Virus record (IMG/VR): IMGVR_UViG_3300023174_000033
Span: 186,001-250,000 of that record
Length of the DNA: 64,000 bases
Strand: one strand, 5' to 3'
Shown: positions 30,870 through 38,243 of the stretch, piece after piece
How the letters are laid out: every line of letters begins with the position of its first letter
Numbering within the stretch: the first letter of the stretch is position 1
The notes under the pieces: model-generated
Seen by the model: the letters and a program-made list of their open reading frames with translations, nothing else
What the model was told of the DNA's origin: nothing
The model's database searches: none
Position numbers and translations under genes: made by a program

Positions 30870-32455
30870 ACATTTGAAATCAATTCGTTTGAATATTCAG
30901 TTCTCCACACACCACTTCTTAATACAGAAAATATTACCGAAGGGGCAGATACAGTTCCGAATGCAAAATCTGGAGTAAAGTCATTTCTAAATCTAAATTT
31001 CACTTTGAAATCCATATTTGCTGGAACTATCGCAGAGTTTGAATAGTATCTCATAGCGTAGCTTGAAGTTGCACCTGACTCATTGTTGTAGTTATCTAAA
31101 TTGCCAGTTTCGGAGATTCCTATTTTTTTCCAATTAACTCCATCATCATTGCTTAAATACCAAGTTAATTCATGTGTTATGTGATACCCACCCGATTCAT
31201 TGTGGAAATAAAATATTCTATCATATGGTTTTTTTGTAGATGTCCAAGAACTGATAGCATCCTTTGAAGTGTACCCATTTGTTATGAACATAAATTGAGT
31301 GTCTTGTGAAGTCTCCGTGGTATTTATAAAAACCCTAACACCACCGGTCTCTGATGAATCGTTATAGGAATCTCCAACTAGGGGCAATCTATGCCAATAA
31401 TTATCCGATTGACTAGTTGGACCATTTGAGTCTACATTAAAAGAGTTGTCCCACAAATTGGTTTTATTTTTCGTTTGAAAATTTCCCAAAACAGAAAATG
31501 TTGAACCTAGGTCTGTCTGAATTGTATAGTCACTCGACCCAATAAGAATTGATTTGTCACTGATAACAAAAGATCTTGTATTATTATTATTGAAAATACT
31601 AAATTCTTCAAGTCCTTTTGTGATACCTATTCCAATTCCTTGATTAGCCACCGACATAAATGTGTCGTATGGTCCTAAAACTACACCCATTGTTCTAACT
31701 ACACCATTTACATCCATAGTGAATTCATGGTCAGTATTGTAAAATATCACAGAATGTGTGAAGCTATTTGAATTAGTCGCTATGTGGTTGATACTCAAAA
31801 CCTGGTTAGTGAATCTGATAAAGGATGATCCGATTGATTGGTAATCTTTTACACCAACCCAATTATACCCAAAATTAACACTTTCAGAAGAATTACTTAT
31901 GTTTAATGAAGCTGTCAGAGATGGTGTTGGCTTAAACCTAATAACCCCATTTGAATCTATCTTAAATCTTTCATATGTATCTATGAGACCAGTGCCAATA
32001 GCTAATCCTCCTCTAAAAGTTGGTAATAGTGGATCATCACCAGGATTGAATTCAATATAAGGACCACTGAAAGTTCCAATCAAAAAACTATTTCTATATC
32101 TTACATCGCCAATACTATTCCTAGAAAAATTTGATACGTAATTAAACACTTCATTTGATGAAGAAGCACTCAATATAAATTTATATGTTTCGTCAGTAGA
32201 ATTTGTTCCAATAAATCCACCGTCAATGTGTGTATCTCCAATCAGGCTACCACTACCACCATATATACCATTTGATGAAATTTCCCATGTAGAACCATCC
32301 CAAACATATTGTAGTTGAGTATCTGTTCTATATACAGTTAATCCGGCATATTTATACTCCATATTATTCAAACCATCTGGTCCGGTCGCTACCAACCTTG
32401 TGTCAATTGGTTTATCTGAATTAATCTTGAAATTTGTTATTAATGATATTGACAT
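30866..32455 (-). CDS. Putative tail fibre/structural protein
   Basis: N-terminal NF.I....PID.R...Y.GL.VY..D....Y.WDG..W and ERF.I.S.G motifs typical of phage fibres. Confidence 0.6.
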   Translation of the reverse strand: MSISLITNFKINSDKPIDTRLVATGPDGLNNMEYKYAGLTVYRTDTQLQYVWDGSTWEISSNGIYGGSGSLIGDTHIDGGFIGTNSTDETYKFILSASSSNEVFNYVSNFSRNSIGDVRYRNSFLIGTFSGPYIEFNPGDDPLLPTFRGGLAIGTGLIDTYERFKIDSNGVIRFKPTPSLTASLNISNSSESVNFGYNWVGVKDYQSIGSSFIRFTNQVLSINHIATNSNSFTHSVIFYNTDHEFTMDVNGVVRTMGVVLGPYDTFMSVANQGIGIGITKGLEEFSIFNNNNTRSFVISDKSILIGSSDYTIQTDLGSTFSVLGNFQTKNKTNLWDNSFNVDSNGPTSQSDNYWHRLPLVGDSYNDSSETGGVRVFINTTETSQDTQFMFITNGYTSKDAISSWTSTKKPYDRIFYFHNESGGYHITHELTWYLSNDDGVNWKKIGISETGNLDNYNNESGATSSYAMRYYSNSAIVPANMDFKVKFRFRNDFTPDFAFGTVSAPSVIFSVLRSGVWRTEYSNELISNV

Positions 32456-32470
32456 TATTGATTAATTTTT

Positions 32471-34117
32471 TTATGATGATGTTGCAAAGATGAATTGCCA
32501 TTTGTTATAAGATACTGGAACACTTGTAGATGCTGATGAAACATAGAATAAATATTCAATGTCTGACCACCATCCATTAGGACTAGTTATTGGGAAAGAT
32601 TGAGTATAGAAATCAGAAGACACACTTCCAATTTGTTGTTCAAATCCATTTTGGTCAAGTATTTGCACCAATTGTGGATAAGAAGAAGGATATCCAAAAT
32701 ATATGAACCCCTTTCCATCACCACCAGAACCGACACCATTTGTCGTAATATATTCTAATTTGTTTACCCCTGATGTAGGTGTCCCAACTATTGGTTCATA
32801 AAGTGTAGGTGTTAACTTATTCAGTTCGGGACCAGTTCCTAAAATTGAATTCATCATAGTTGAGTAGGTTGCCTCTGTTGTGCTACACCCGTGAAAAAAT
32901 GGCAATACCATCATCAAAGTTGATGTGGAATCCTTTGCAGTTGGGTATCCATCAATTAGTGATAAAGTCCAACTTTGAATTAAATAGCTCTGTGAAGTTC
33001 CCAAAAATGGACCACCATTTGCATTCAAACTTACTGTGCCGGTTGTTTGACCATCTGGAATAAGTACTGGGGTTGGCAATGATCCCACATATGCAGGAGA
33101 ACCAGTAGCAAAATCCAAATAGTTTATTGAATAAGTTGCATTTCTAGTTATTGAGTAGTGTAGATTAAGTGAATAATAGGTAGATGAATCACCTGCCTCA
33201 ATTTTGGATACCTTATTACTATTTAAAAGGATATCTGTTGTTAGGACTGGTTGTACATATGTGTAGATAATTCTTCTCAACATATCCAAAACCTCAACAT
33301 CACTGAATGTTTCTCCAGCTTGAATACCACCGATCGAAGTGGCAACAACCCTTTCATCAGAAAATCTATACCCACTTATTAGAACAGGATTTCCGATTAT
33401 ACTAACTGTAGCAGCTGAAACCATTGAGGTTATTGACTGGCTGTAAGCATCCTCCCAAAATCCATAGGCTTTTCCAGAAATCCATCTATATCTTAAAACT
33501 TTTCCCTCATGTGATGATGTTATTTGATTTGTCTTTGGGAAATGAAAGTTATTTATAACCACATATCCATTTTCACTTTTCACATTTATATCACCACCAT
33601 AATAATTACTTTGGGTATCACCCACAAATGAGGGGTTTGTTATGTTGAAATTTATGTAATTACCATCAACAGTTGATTCAACCTTTGATTGGATATATGG
33701 TGTAACTAAAGAACCATTTGACCAATAGGAAGAAGAACCAGCTAAAAAACTAACCTTTGTATCATAATTACCACCGCTAGTATCTTTTGTCGTGAAGAAA
33801 AAGAAATCTACATCACTGCCTAGTAAATCATTAGACATGATTGGGTTACTGTCAACTTGTTTTTGACCGAAATATATTTTCGGGTACCAATTTATGTCAT
33901 TGAGAATTAAAGTTGATTGGTCAATTCCGATGTAACTAGTACCTAGTCCCGTCGCGGTAGTGGGCTTAAATGCGGTATTTTCCCAAAGAGTATAATACCC
34001 ATCACGGAAGTTTTTTGGTACAATTACGCCAGTACTATTATCAGGGATATAGTTTATTACATCTTGTATTCCATTTAATTTATTAGCTATAGTGCTACCT
34101 GAGCTAAAAGTACTCAT
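32471..34117 (-). CDS. Putative virion structural protein
   Basis: S/T/G-rich 548 aa with PDN.TG.I.P...RD N-terminus, GGI.AG.TF motif and C-terminal YFGYP..Y..L..I.DQNGF. Confidence 0.55.
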   Translation of the reverse strand: MSTFSSGSTIANKLNGIQDVINYIPDNSTGVIVPKNFRDGYYTLWENTAFKPTTATGLGTSYIGIDQSTLILNDINWYPKIYFGQKQVDSNPIMSNDLLGSDVDFFFFTTKDTSGGNYDTKVSFLAGSSSYWSNGSLVTPYIQSKVESTVDGNYINFNITNPSFVGDTQSNYYGGDINVKSENGYVVINNFHFPKTNQITSSHEGKVLRYRWISGKAYGFWEDAYSQSITSMVSAATVSIIGNPVLISGYRFSDERVVATSIGGIQAGETFSDVEVLDMLRRIIYTYVQPVLTTDILLNSNKVSKIEAGDSSTYYSLNLHYSITRNATYSINYLDFATGSPAYVGSLPTPVLIPDGQTTGTVSLNANGGPFLGTSQSYLIQSWTLSLIDGYPTAKDSTSTLMMVLPFFHGCSTTEATYSTMMNSILGTGPELNKLTPTLYEPIVGTPTSGVNKLEYITTNGVGSGGDGKGFIYFGYPSSYPQLVQILDQNGFEQQIGSVSSDFYTQSFPITSPNGWWSDIEYLFYVSSASTSVPVSYNKWQFIFATSS

Positions 34118-34158
34118 TCAGTTTTATTCCTTTTGAAATATATATAAAAATTTAGAGA

Positions 34159-34560
34159 TTACAAATTGAAAAGAAACTCCAATTTCATTAAATCTCTAAC
34201 TTTTATTGAAGGTAAATCTAATGAATCGGCATCCAATCTTTCAAACGGTAGTTCGGTTTCAATTGAATTAAGTTCTTCCATTTCCGAATTGAAAGCCGCC
34301 ATATCATTAATTTTGAATGTGTTAGGGATTGGATTTCCATTTTGGTCTTGTCCTAGGATCGGATTTCCTTCAAGATCTCTTTCAACATACTTATCAAGAA
34401 TTTTCTTTTCTAGCTTAATTTTGTCGTCTATGATTGAAGATAGTTCTTTCATAATTCTTACTAATGAGAAAGCGGTTTTTGTAGGGAGATCCAAGTCTAA
34501 AAGTAAATTTAGTGATTTGATGGTATCTTGACCCAATTGTGCATTTATTACGGTGATCAT
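34159..34560 (-). CDS. Small helical hypothetical protein (possible fibre chaperone)
   Basis: 133 aa with L...DLP.K.AF.L.R...K...KY...D..GNP pattern, directly upstream of fibre-like genes. Confidence 0.45.
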   Translation of the reverse strand: MITVINAQLGQDTIKSLNLLLDLDLPTKTAFSLVRIMKELSSIIDDKIKLEKKILDKYVERDLEGNPILGQDQNGNPIPNTFKINDMAAFNSEMEELNSIETELPFERLDADSLDLPSIKVRDLMKLEFLFNL

Positions 34561-34587
34561 TTTTTTTTTTATTATTTTTATTTATAT

Positions 34588-35283
34588 TTAATTTTTTTGT
34601 TTAACTCTCTTTTGTATCATTTCAAAAAATACTTGGTTATTTTCCATTATGACAAAATTTCTTCCACTATTTATACAAGATATCGCGGTTGTTCCGCTTC
34701 CGCCAAACGGGTCTAATATAGTATCTCCAATGTTTGAATGTTTCAATATGAGATTATCAATTAATTTTAAAGGTTTTTGTGTTGGGTGTTCCAACCTTTC
34801 CTTTCCGTGACAGAGTGGATAATGATAGATACCTTTATCATATTCTGAATTGAAGGTTGGTTTACCACCTTTTACAAATGTGTAAAAGTATTCAAGAGCA
34901 TTTGATAAGTAATTTATTTTTGAATTTATTGGAACAGGATTAGTTTTAACCCACTGGCAAATTCTTAATTGTTTGAATTTCCATTTTTCTGCATAAAATT
35001 TTATTGTGTTAGATTTCCAAACATCATAAAAAATTATACAAGTGCCCCCTTTTTTAAGGACACGTTTGAATTCGGAAAAAAGTGGATCTAAATCAATTTC
35101 TTCTTTATCCCATTCCCCAAACTCCAATGATATATTATTATATTTTTTGTTATTGGAACCGTTCTTAAAATTTGATTCCCTTGAAATATTATAAGGTGGA
35201 TCTGTTAGAATCAGATCAATTGATTCTGATTCAAGTTCTTTTAGTAATAAATAACAATCTCCAAATAATATTTTATTGGACAT
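34588..35283 (-). CDS. Amino (N6-A/N4-C) DNA methyltransferase, beta class
   Basis: GDC, DLILTDPPY catalytic motif, HPTQKP, then LDPFGGSGTT SAM-binding motif. Confidence 0.92.
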   Translation of the reverse strand: MSNKILFGDCYLLLKELESESIDLILTDPPYNISRESNFKNGSNNKKYNNISLEFGEWDKEEIDLDPLFSEFKRVLKKGGTCIIFYDVWKSNTIKFYAEKWKFKQLRICQWVKTNPVPINSKINYLSNALEYFYTFVKGGKPTFNSEYDKGIYHYPLCHGKERLEHPTQKPLKLIDNLILKHSNIGDTILDPFGGSGTTAISCINSGRNFVIMENNQVFFEMIQKRVKQKN

Positions 35284-35297
35284 TAGTTATATATTAG

Positions 35298-36071
35298 TTA
35301 TGACTTCTGCCAGATTTTTTCTAAATTTAGATTGGTCTTAACATCTATAAGATTATTATTAAATTTGAGCTGATATCCAATCATTCCAATAAACGAATTA
35401 ATAATTGATTTGATTTTGTTTTTTTCATGATCGTCAATATCAAAATTAAAAATAGTAATAAGATTTTCAATCTCGGAGAATGTTAAAGTGTTTTTTACCC
35501 CTAGGAAAAAAAGGAAGTCATAGGAATAATTGGTGAAACTTTCCGAATCTTCTTTATTTGATTTTGAAAGCAAGAACTGTGATAAGCAGTTTTCCACACC
35601 AACCGATGGCATTGAAAATTTATAACCTTCAATTTCAAAAACCCTTTCTTCTTCATTATAAAGTTTTTTTAAATTTTCAAAATTGAAATAGTTAAAGTTA
35701 TTTGAGGAAAATTCAATAAAATCAATTTTACTCATTTCATCATTGAAAAACTCAATCTGTATTTGTCTATTTGTAGTAAATTTTACAATTTCTAAAAATA
35801 TAAAAATTATATCAACACTTTTTAAATCTTCAAAATTGTAAGAATTACTAAATATAGTATTCTTTTGTACTATATTTTTCACACACTCAACAATTTCCAT
35901 TAAATTATCAGAGTCATATTTCAACTCATATTCAATGATATCTTCATCTTTTGCTTTCTTAATCTTTATAAGAAAGTCTTTGGGATAGAAATATCCTTTC
36001 GTTGGTAAAGAATTTACTTCTAAACCTTTGGAACCATCAATAAGATTTCTGATTAGAGAAATTAAACTCAT
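35298..36071 (-). CDS. Baseplate hub assembly protein, T4 gp26-like (putative)
   Basis: LP(T/S)KG.FYP N-terminal motif and L...D...IFL.I segment. Promoter at 36078..36085. Confidence 0.5.
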   Translation of the reverse strand: MSLISLIRNLIDGSKGLEVNSLPTKGYFYPKDFLIKIKKAKDEDIIEYELKYDSDNLMEIVECVKNIVQKNTIFSNSYNFEDLKSVDIIFIFLEIVKFTTNRQIQIEFFNDEMSKIDFIEFSSNNFNYFNFENLKKLYNEEERVFEIEGYKFSMPSVGVENCLSQFLLSKSNKEDSESFTNYSYDFLFFLGVKNTLTFSEIENLITIFNFDIDDHEKNKIKSIINSFIGMIGYQLKFNNNLIDVKTNLNLEKIWQKS

Positions 36072-36134
36072 TCAAAATATATATTTTTTAAAAATATAAT
36101 ATTTTATATCAAATAATTAATAAATGTTTAAATG

Positions 36135-36196
36135 TGGGAGTAGATGGACTCGAACCACCGGTATCAATTCTGCAATAGCCACTATGCGATACTCCC
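36135..36196 (-). ncRNA. tRNA-like RNA lacking the anticodon arm (62 nt)
   Basis: Perfect 7-bp acceptor stem GGGAGUA/UACUCCC plus A73, D arm GCAUAGUGGCUAUUGC, canonical T arm GGUGG-UUCGAGU-CCAUC, but only 12 nt (AGAAUUGAUACC) between the D and T arms. Confidence 0.75.
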
Positions 36197-36202
36197 AGTT
36201 TT

Positions 36203-36412
36203 CCCCACAATGAGATTACTTGTGAGTAGTTAATTCGGTTTTCTTTCTTTCAATAAACCTGTGGGGCATCCCCCGTGAAATTAGTCAAACTACTTGGAGC
36301 CTCTGTTACCTAGCTTTATCCCAACGAGACTGGCGTTTAAGGATGTCCAGTCCAATACCCTACCCATTGTTTAAGTCTTGGATTAAAGACTCTGAGTATC
36401 TCTTACTCATTG
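36203..36412 (-). ncRNA. Structured ~210-nt RNA with predicted pseudoknots in the tRNA array
   Basis: GC-enriched, no ORF, at least seven complementary pairs, two of them crossing (see findings). Confidence 0.55.
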
Positions 36413-36483
36413 TTATCCGACAAGGATTCGAACCTCAACTAACTCCGTCAAAGGGAGGTGTGCTACCGCTACACTATCGGACA
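36413..36483 (-). tRNA. tRNA-Gln(UUG)
   Basis: Cloverleaf: acceptor UGUCCGA/UCGGAUA, D arm GUGU-AGCGGUA-GCAC, anticodon loop CU-UUG-AC, T arm UGAGG-UUCGAAU-CCUUG. CCA is not encoded. Confidence 0.92.
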
Positions 36484-36489
36484 ATTTAG

Positions 36490-36558
36490 TGGAGCGTCAT
36501 CTTTCGATTATCCACTTCTGTTACGTTACCCGAAGATAAGAGGCTTTACAGAGCTCCA
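36490..36558 (-). ncRNA. Small (69 nt) structured RNA between two tRNAs
   Basis: Terminal helix UGGAGC/GCUCCA, internal UCUGU/ACAGA, a cUUCGg hairpin and a GAAA-tetraloop hairpin. Confidence 0.5.
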
Positions 36559-36562
36559 TTTG

Positions 36563-36634
36563 TAGTCCCACGGGTAGTCGAAACCCGATTGCCAGGATGA
36601 AAACCTGGATTCCTAACCATTAGAAGATGGGACC
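36563..36634 (-). tRNA. tRNA-Glu(UUC)
   Basis: Acceptor GGUCCCA/UGGGACU, anticodon arm CCAGG-UU-UUC-AU-CCUGG, T arm CGGGU-UUCGACU-ACCCG. CCA is not encoded. Confidence 0.93.
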
Positions 36635-36638
36635 ATGT

Positions 36639-36676
36639 GTAACTTTTTTTATGTCAGTGGGTAAGTTACCAACCCA
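36639..36676 (-). ncRNA. H-type pseudoknot 4 nt upstream of tRNA-Glu (the RNA may extend to ~36750)
   Basis: S1 UGGGU/ACCCA, S2 GUAACUU/AAGUUAC, L1 2 nt, L2 0 nt, A-rich L3 12 nt. Confidence 0.45.
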
Positions 36677-36753
36677 TCCTACTTACGATTAGGCTCCCAA
36701 CTTGAGATTTCTCACAGAGGTTAGAGGAACTACGATCCTGCCGCGGACAGACT

Positions 36754-36948
36754 CTACGGTCTTTCTTGTTCTGTGTAATGGTCCAATTGGTCCTCATTAA
36801 AAATATGAAGAAGACCATAATCATCCATTTCAGCAACTACTCTCACATTACCACCAACAGTTTTAAAAACTGAAACTATTGTACAAGGAAATTTATATCC
36901 TTTTGGTTTGTGAGCTTTATCTCCCACTTGAAATTTTGTTTCATTCAT
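36754..36948 (-). CDS. Small hypothetical protein (KOW/SH3-like)
   Basis: 64 aa with KFQVGD..K..GYKF motif, heading the tRNA array. Confidence 0.6.
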   Translation of the reverse strand: MNETKFQVGDKAHKPKGYKFPCTIVSVFKTVGGNVRVVAEMDDYGLLHIFNEDQLDHYTEQERP

Positions 36949-36952
36949 AATA

Positions 36953-36960
36953 CAAAGGTA
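36953..36960 (-). promoter_or_regulatory. Bacteroidota primary-sigma -7 element TAnnTTTG (TACCTTTG)
   Basis: Exact match 4 nt upstream of ATG 36948. It would drive the 64-aa gene and the tRNA array. Confidence 0.55.
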
Positions 36961-36968
36961 AGATTAAA

Positions 36969-37184
36969 TTATTTTACTTCCAAATTTTTTTCTACTTTTT
37001 CCTCTTGGATTTCGTAGGTTTTCTTTGCCAAAATATCCTTTATGATATTCTTGATATCATTCACATCGTTATATAGGTTCACCAAACTATCTTGGTTTTT
37101 AACAATCTTTTTCCGATTTAGTTTTGAAACTAAATTGATTGTTTTTTTCAACTCTTTCTTGATTTGCTTCTTTTTAAGTTTCAT
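36969..37184 (-). CDS. Small basic hypothetical protein
   Basis: 71-aa Lys-rich ORF filling the gap in a minus-strand run. Confidence 0.45.
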   Translation of the reverse strand: MKLKKKQIKKELKKTINLVSKLNRKKIVKNQDSLVNLYNDVNDIKNIIKDILAKKTYEIQEEKVEKNLEVK

Positions 37185-37231
37185 AATAATTTTATTTAAG
37201 TGAAACTTATATTCCCCAAAGACTAGATTGT

Positions 37232-38164
37232 TTATAGTGGTAAGTTATATCCACCAAATTTTTCTATGTATTCCGTGATTGGAGTTCCGTACCCATCTTT
37301 GGTCACAATTCCATGGTCTAGGAATTTTTTCACGTTAGATGGTCCTAACAAGTGAGCGCCAGCTAGTAGACCAGATTTAGTTATCTTAACACCTTTCTTG
37401 GTTTTCCCAACCCACTTATCAATATAATCTCCTAAATAAGCTTTATTATTTTTGAGGAGTTGTTTCATAGCCAAGTCTTGCTTATGTTCTGGCCAAAAGT
37501 CGGTCCCTTTATTACTGAATTTAGATTTGAAAAAATTATAGTCAGCCTCAGTTTTCACCAGTCCAAAGTTTTTCGGCCAAAATGTTTTGATTCGTGACTT
37601 ATATTGATCTTCGGTTTCTCCTGGTTGTTTTTTCAAAATGTCTCTCAAAGCAACTTCACCGAATTGATATTTACCCATATATCCCAAACTATTTATAGTA
37701 TCAGCTCTTCCGGTTGATTCCTTATCAGCCATAGCTTTTAGGAATTTTTTCGCACTACCACTAATCGGTGCATTGTATTTCACAACATCCTCCGATTCAC
37801 CTTCTTCTTCTTCAATCCAAGAATCTGGTAAAGATTCATCCATTGATCTTTGATATAATTCTTCAGCGGAAACTACTGTGTCTTGTGGAATCATCCCAAT
37901 CAATTCTTGCTTGGTGAAATGATGCTTAGCTGCTAAAAGACCTATCACAAAAATAAGAACTTTAGGATTTGCTTTGAAATATCTAAATATTTTAACAGCG
38001 ACGGTTGTGAGAAACCTATCTCCTTTTTTAGCAGCTTCTTCTATGTAGTGGAATATCTTCTCACTAAGTTCCTCCCAATCAAAACCTTCGTTCAATCTTT
38101 CAAAATGATTTTGCCAGTTTTTCAATTCTTCTTGGATTAAAAAGTCAGTGTAATTATTAATCAT
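37232..38164 (-). CDS. Lysozyme-like/lytic transglycosylase-fold protein with capsid-targeting-like leader
   Basis: Catalytic-like KESTG, GYMGKYQFG, AGAHLLG, DGYGT..T.Y. Start moved to MINNYTDFLIQE (38164) because the longer ORF runs through the terminator and promoter. Confidence 0.7.
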   Translation of the reverse strand: MINNYTDFLIQEELKNWQNHFERLNEGFDWEELSEKIFHYIEEAAKKGDRFLTTVAVKIFRYFKANPKVLIFVIGLLAAKHHFTKQELIGMIPQDTVVSAEELYQRSMDESLPDSWIEEEEGESEDVVKYNAPISGSAKKFLKAMADKESTGRADTINSLGYMGKYQFGEVALRDILKKQPGETEDQYKSRIKTFWPKNFGLVKTEADYNFFKSKFSNKGTDFWPEHKQDLAMKQLLKNNKAYLGDYIDKWVGKTKKGVKITKSGLLAGAHLLGPSNVKKFLDHGIVTKDGYGTPITEYIEKFGGYNLPL

Positions 38165-38190
38165 ACAAATATATATAAGATTATTGAAAT

Positions 38191-38223
38191 AAAAAAGGAC
38201 TCTAATCAAAAGAGTCCTTTTTT
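38191..38223 (-). terminator. Intrinsic terminator after nrdA
   Basis: aaaaaaggactct-aatcaaa-agagtcctttttt. Confidence 0.8.
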
Positions 38224-38243
38224 AACTTTAGAAAAAAACATAA

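Noticed and set aside
34588-35283. Restriction-modification system
   Set aside because: There is no adjacent endonuclease. An orphan methyltransferase is ordinary for large phages.
36490-36558. c-di-GMP-I or SAM-I riboswitch (contains AAAGCCUC, GAAA hairpin + GACGC, GAAAGAUGA)
   Set aside because: The fragments are in the wrong order or too short for either aptamer, and there is no expression platform.
36639-36676. preQ1-I riboswitch
   Set aside because: The stem plus A-rich tail is similar, but the loop lacks the UUC-type ligand-binding consensus and the element precedes a tRNA, not a coding gene. Kept only as a generic pseudoknot.
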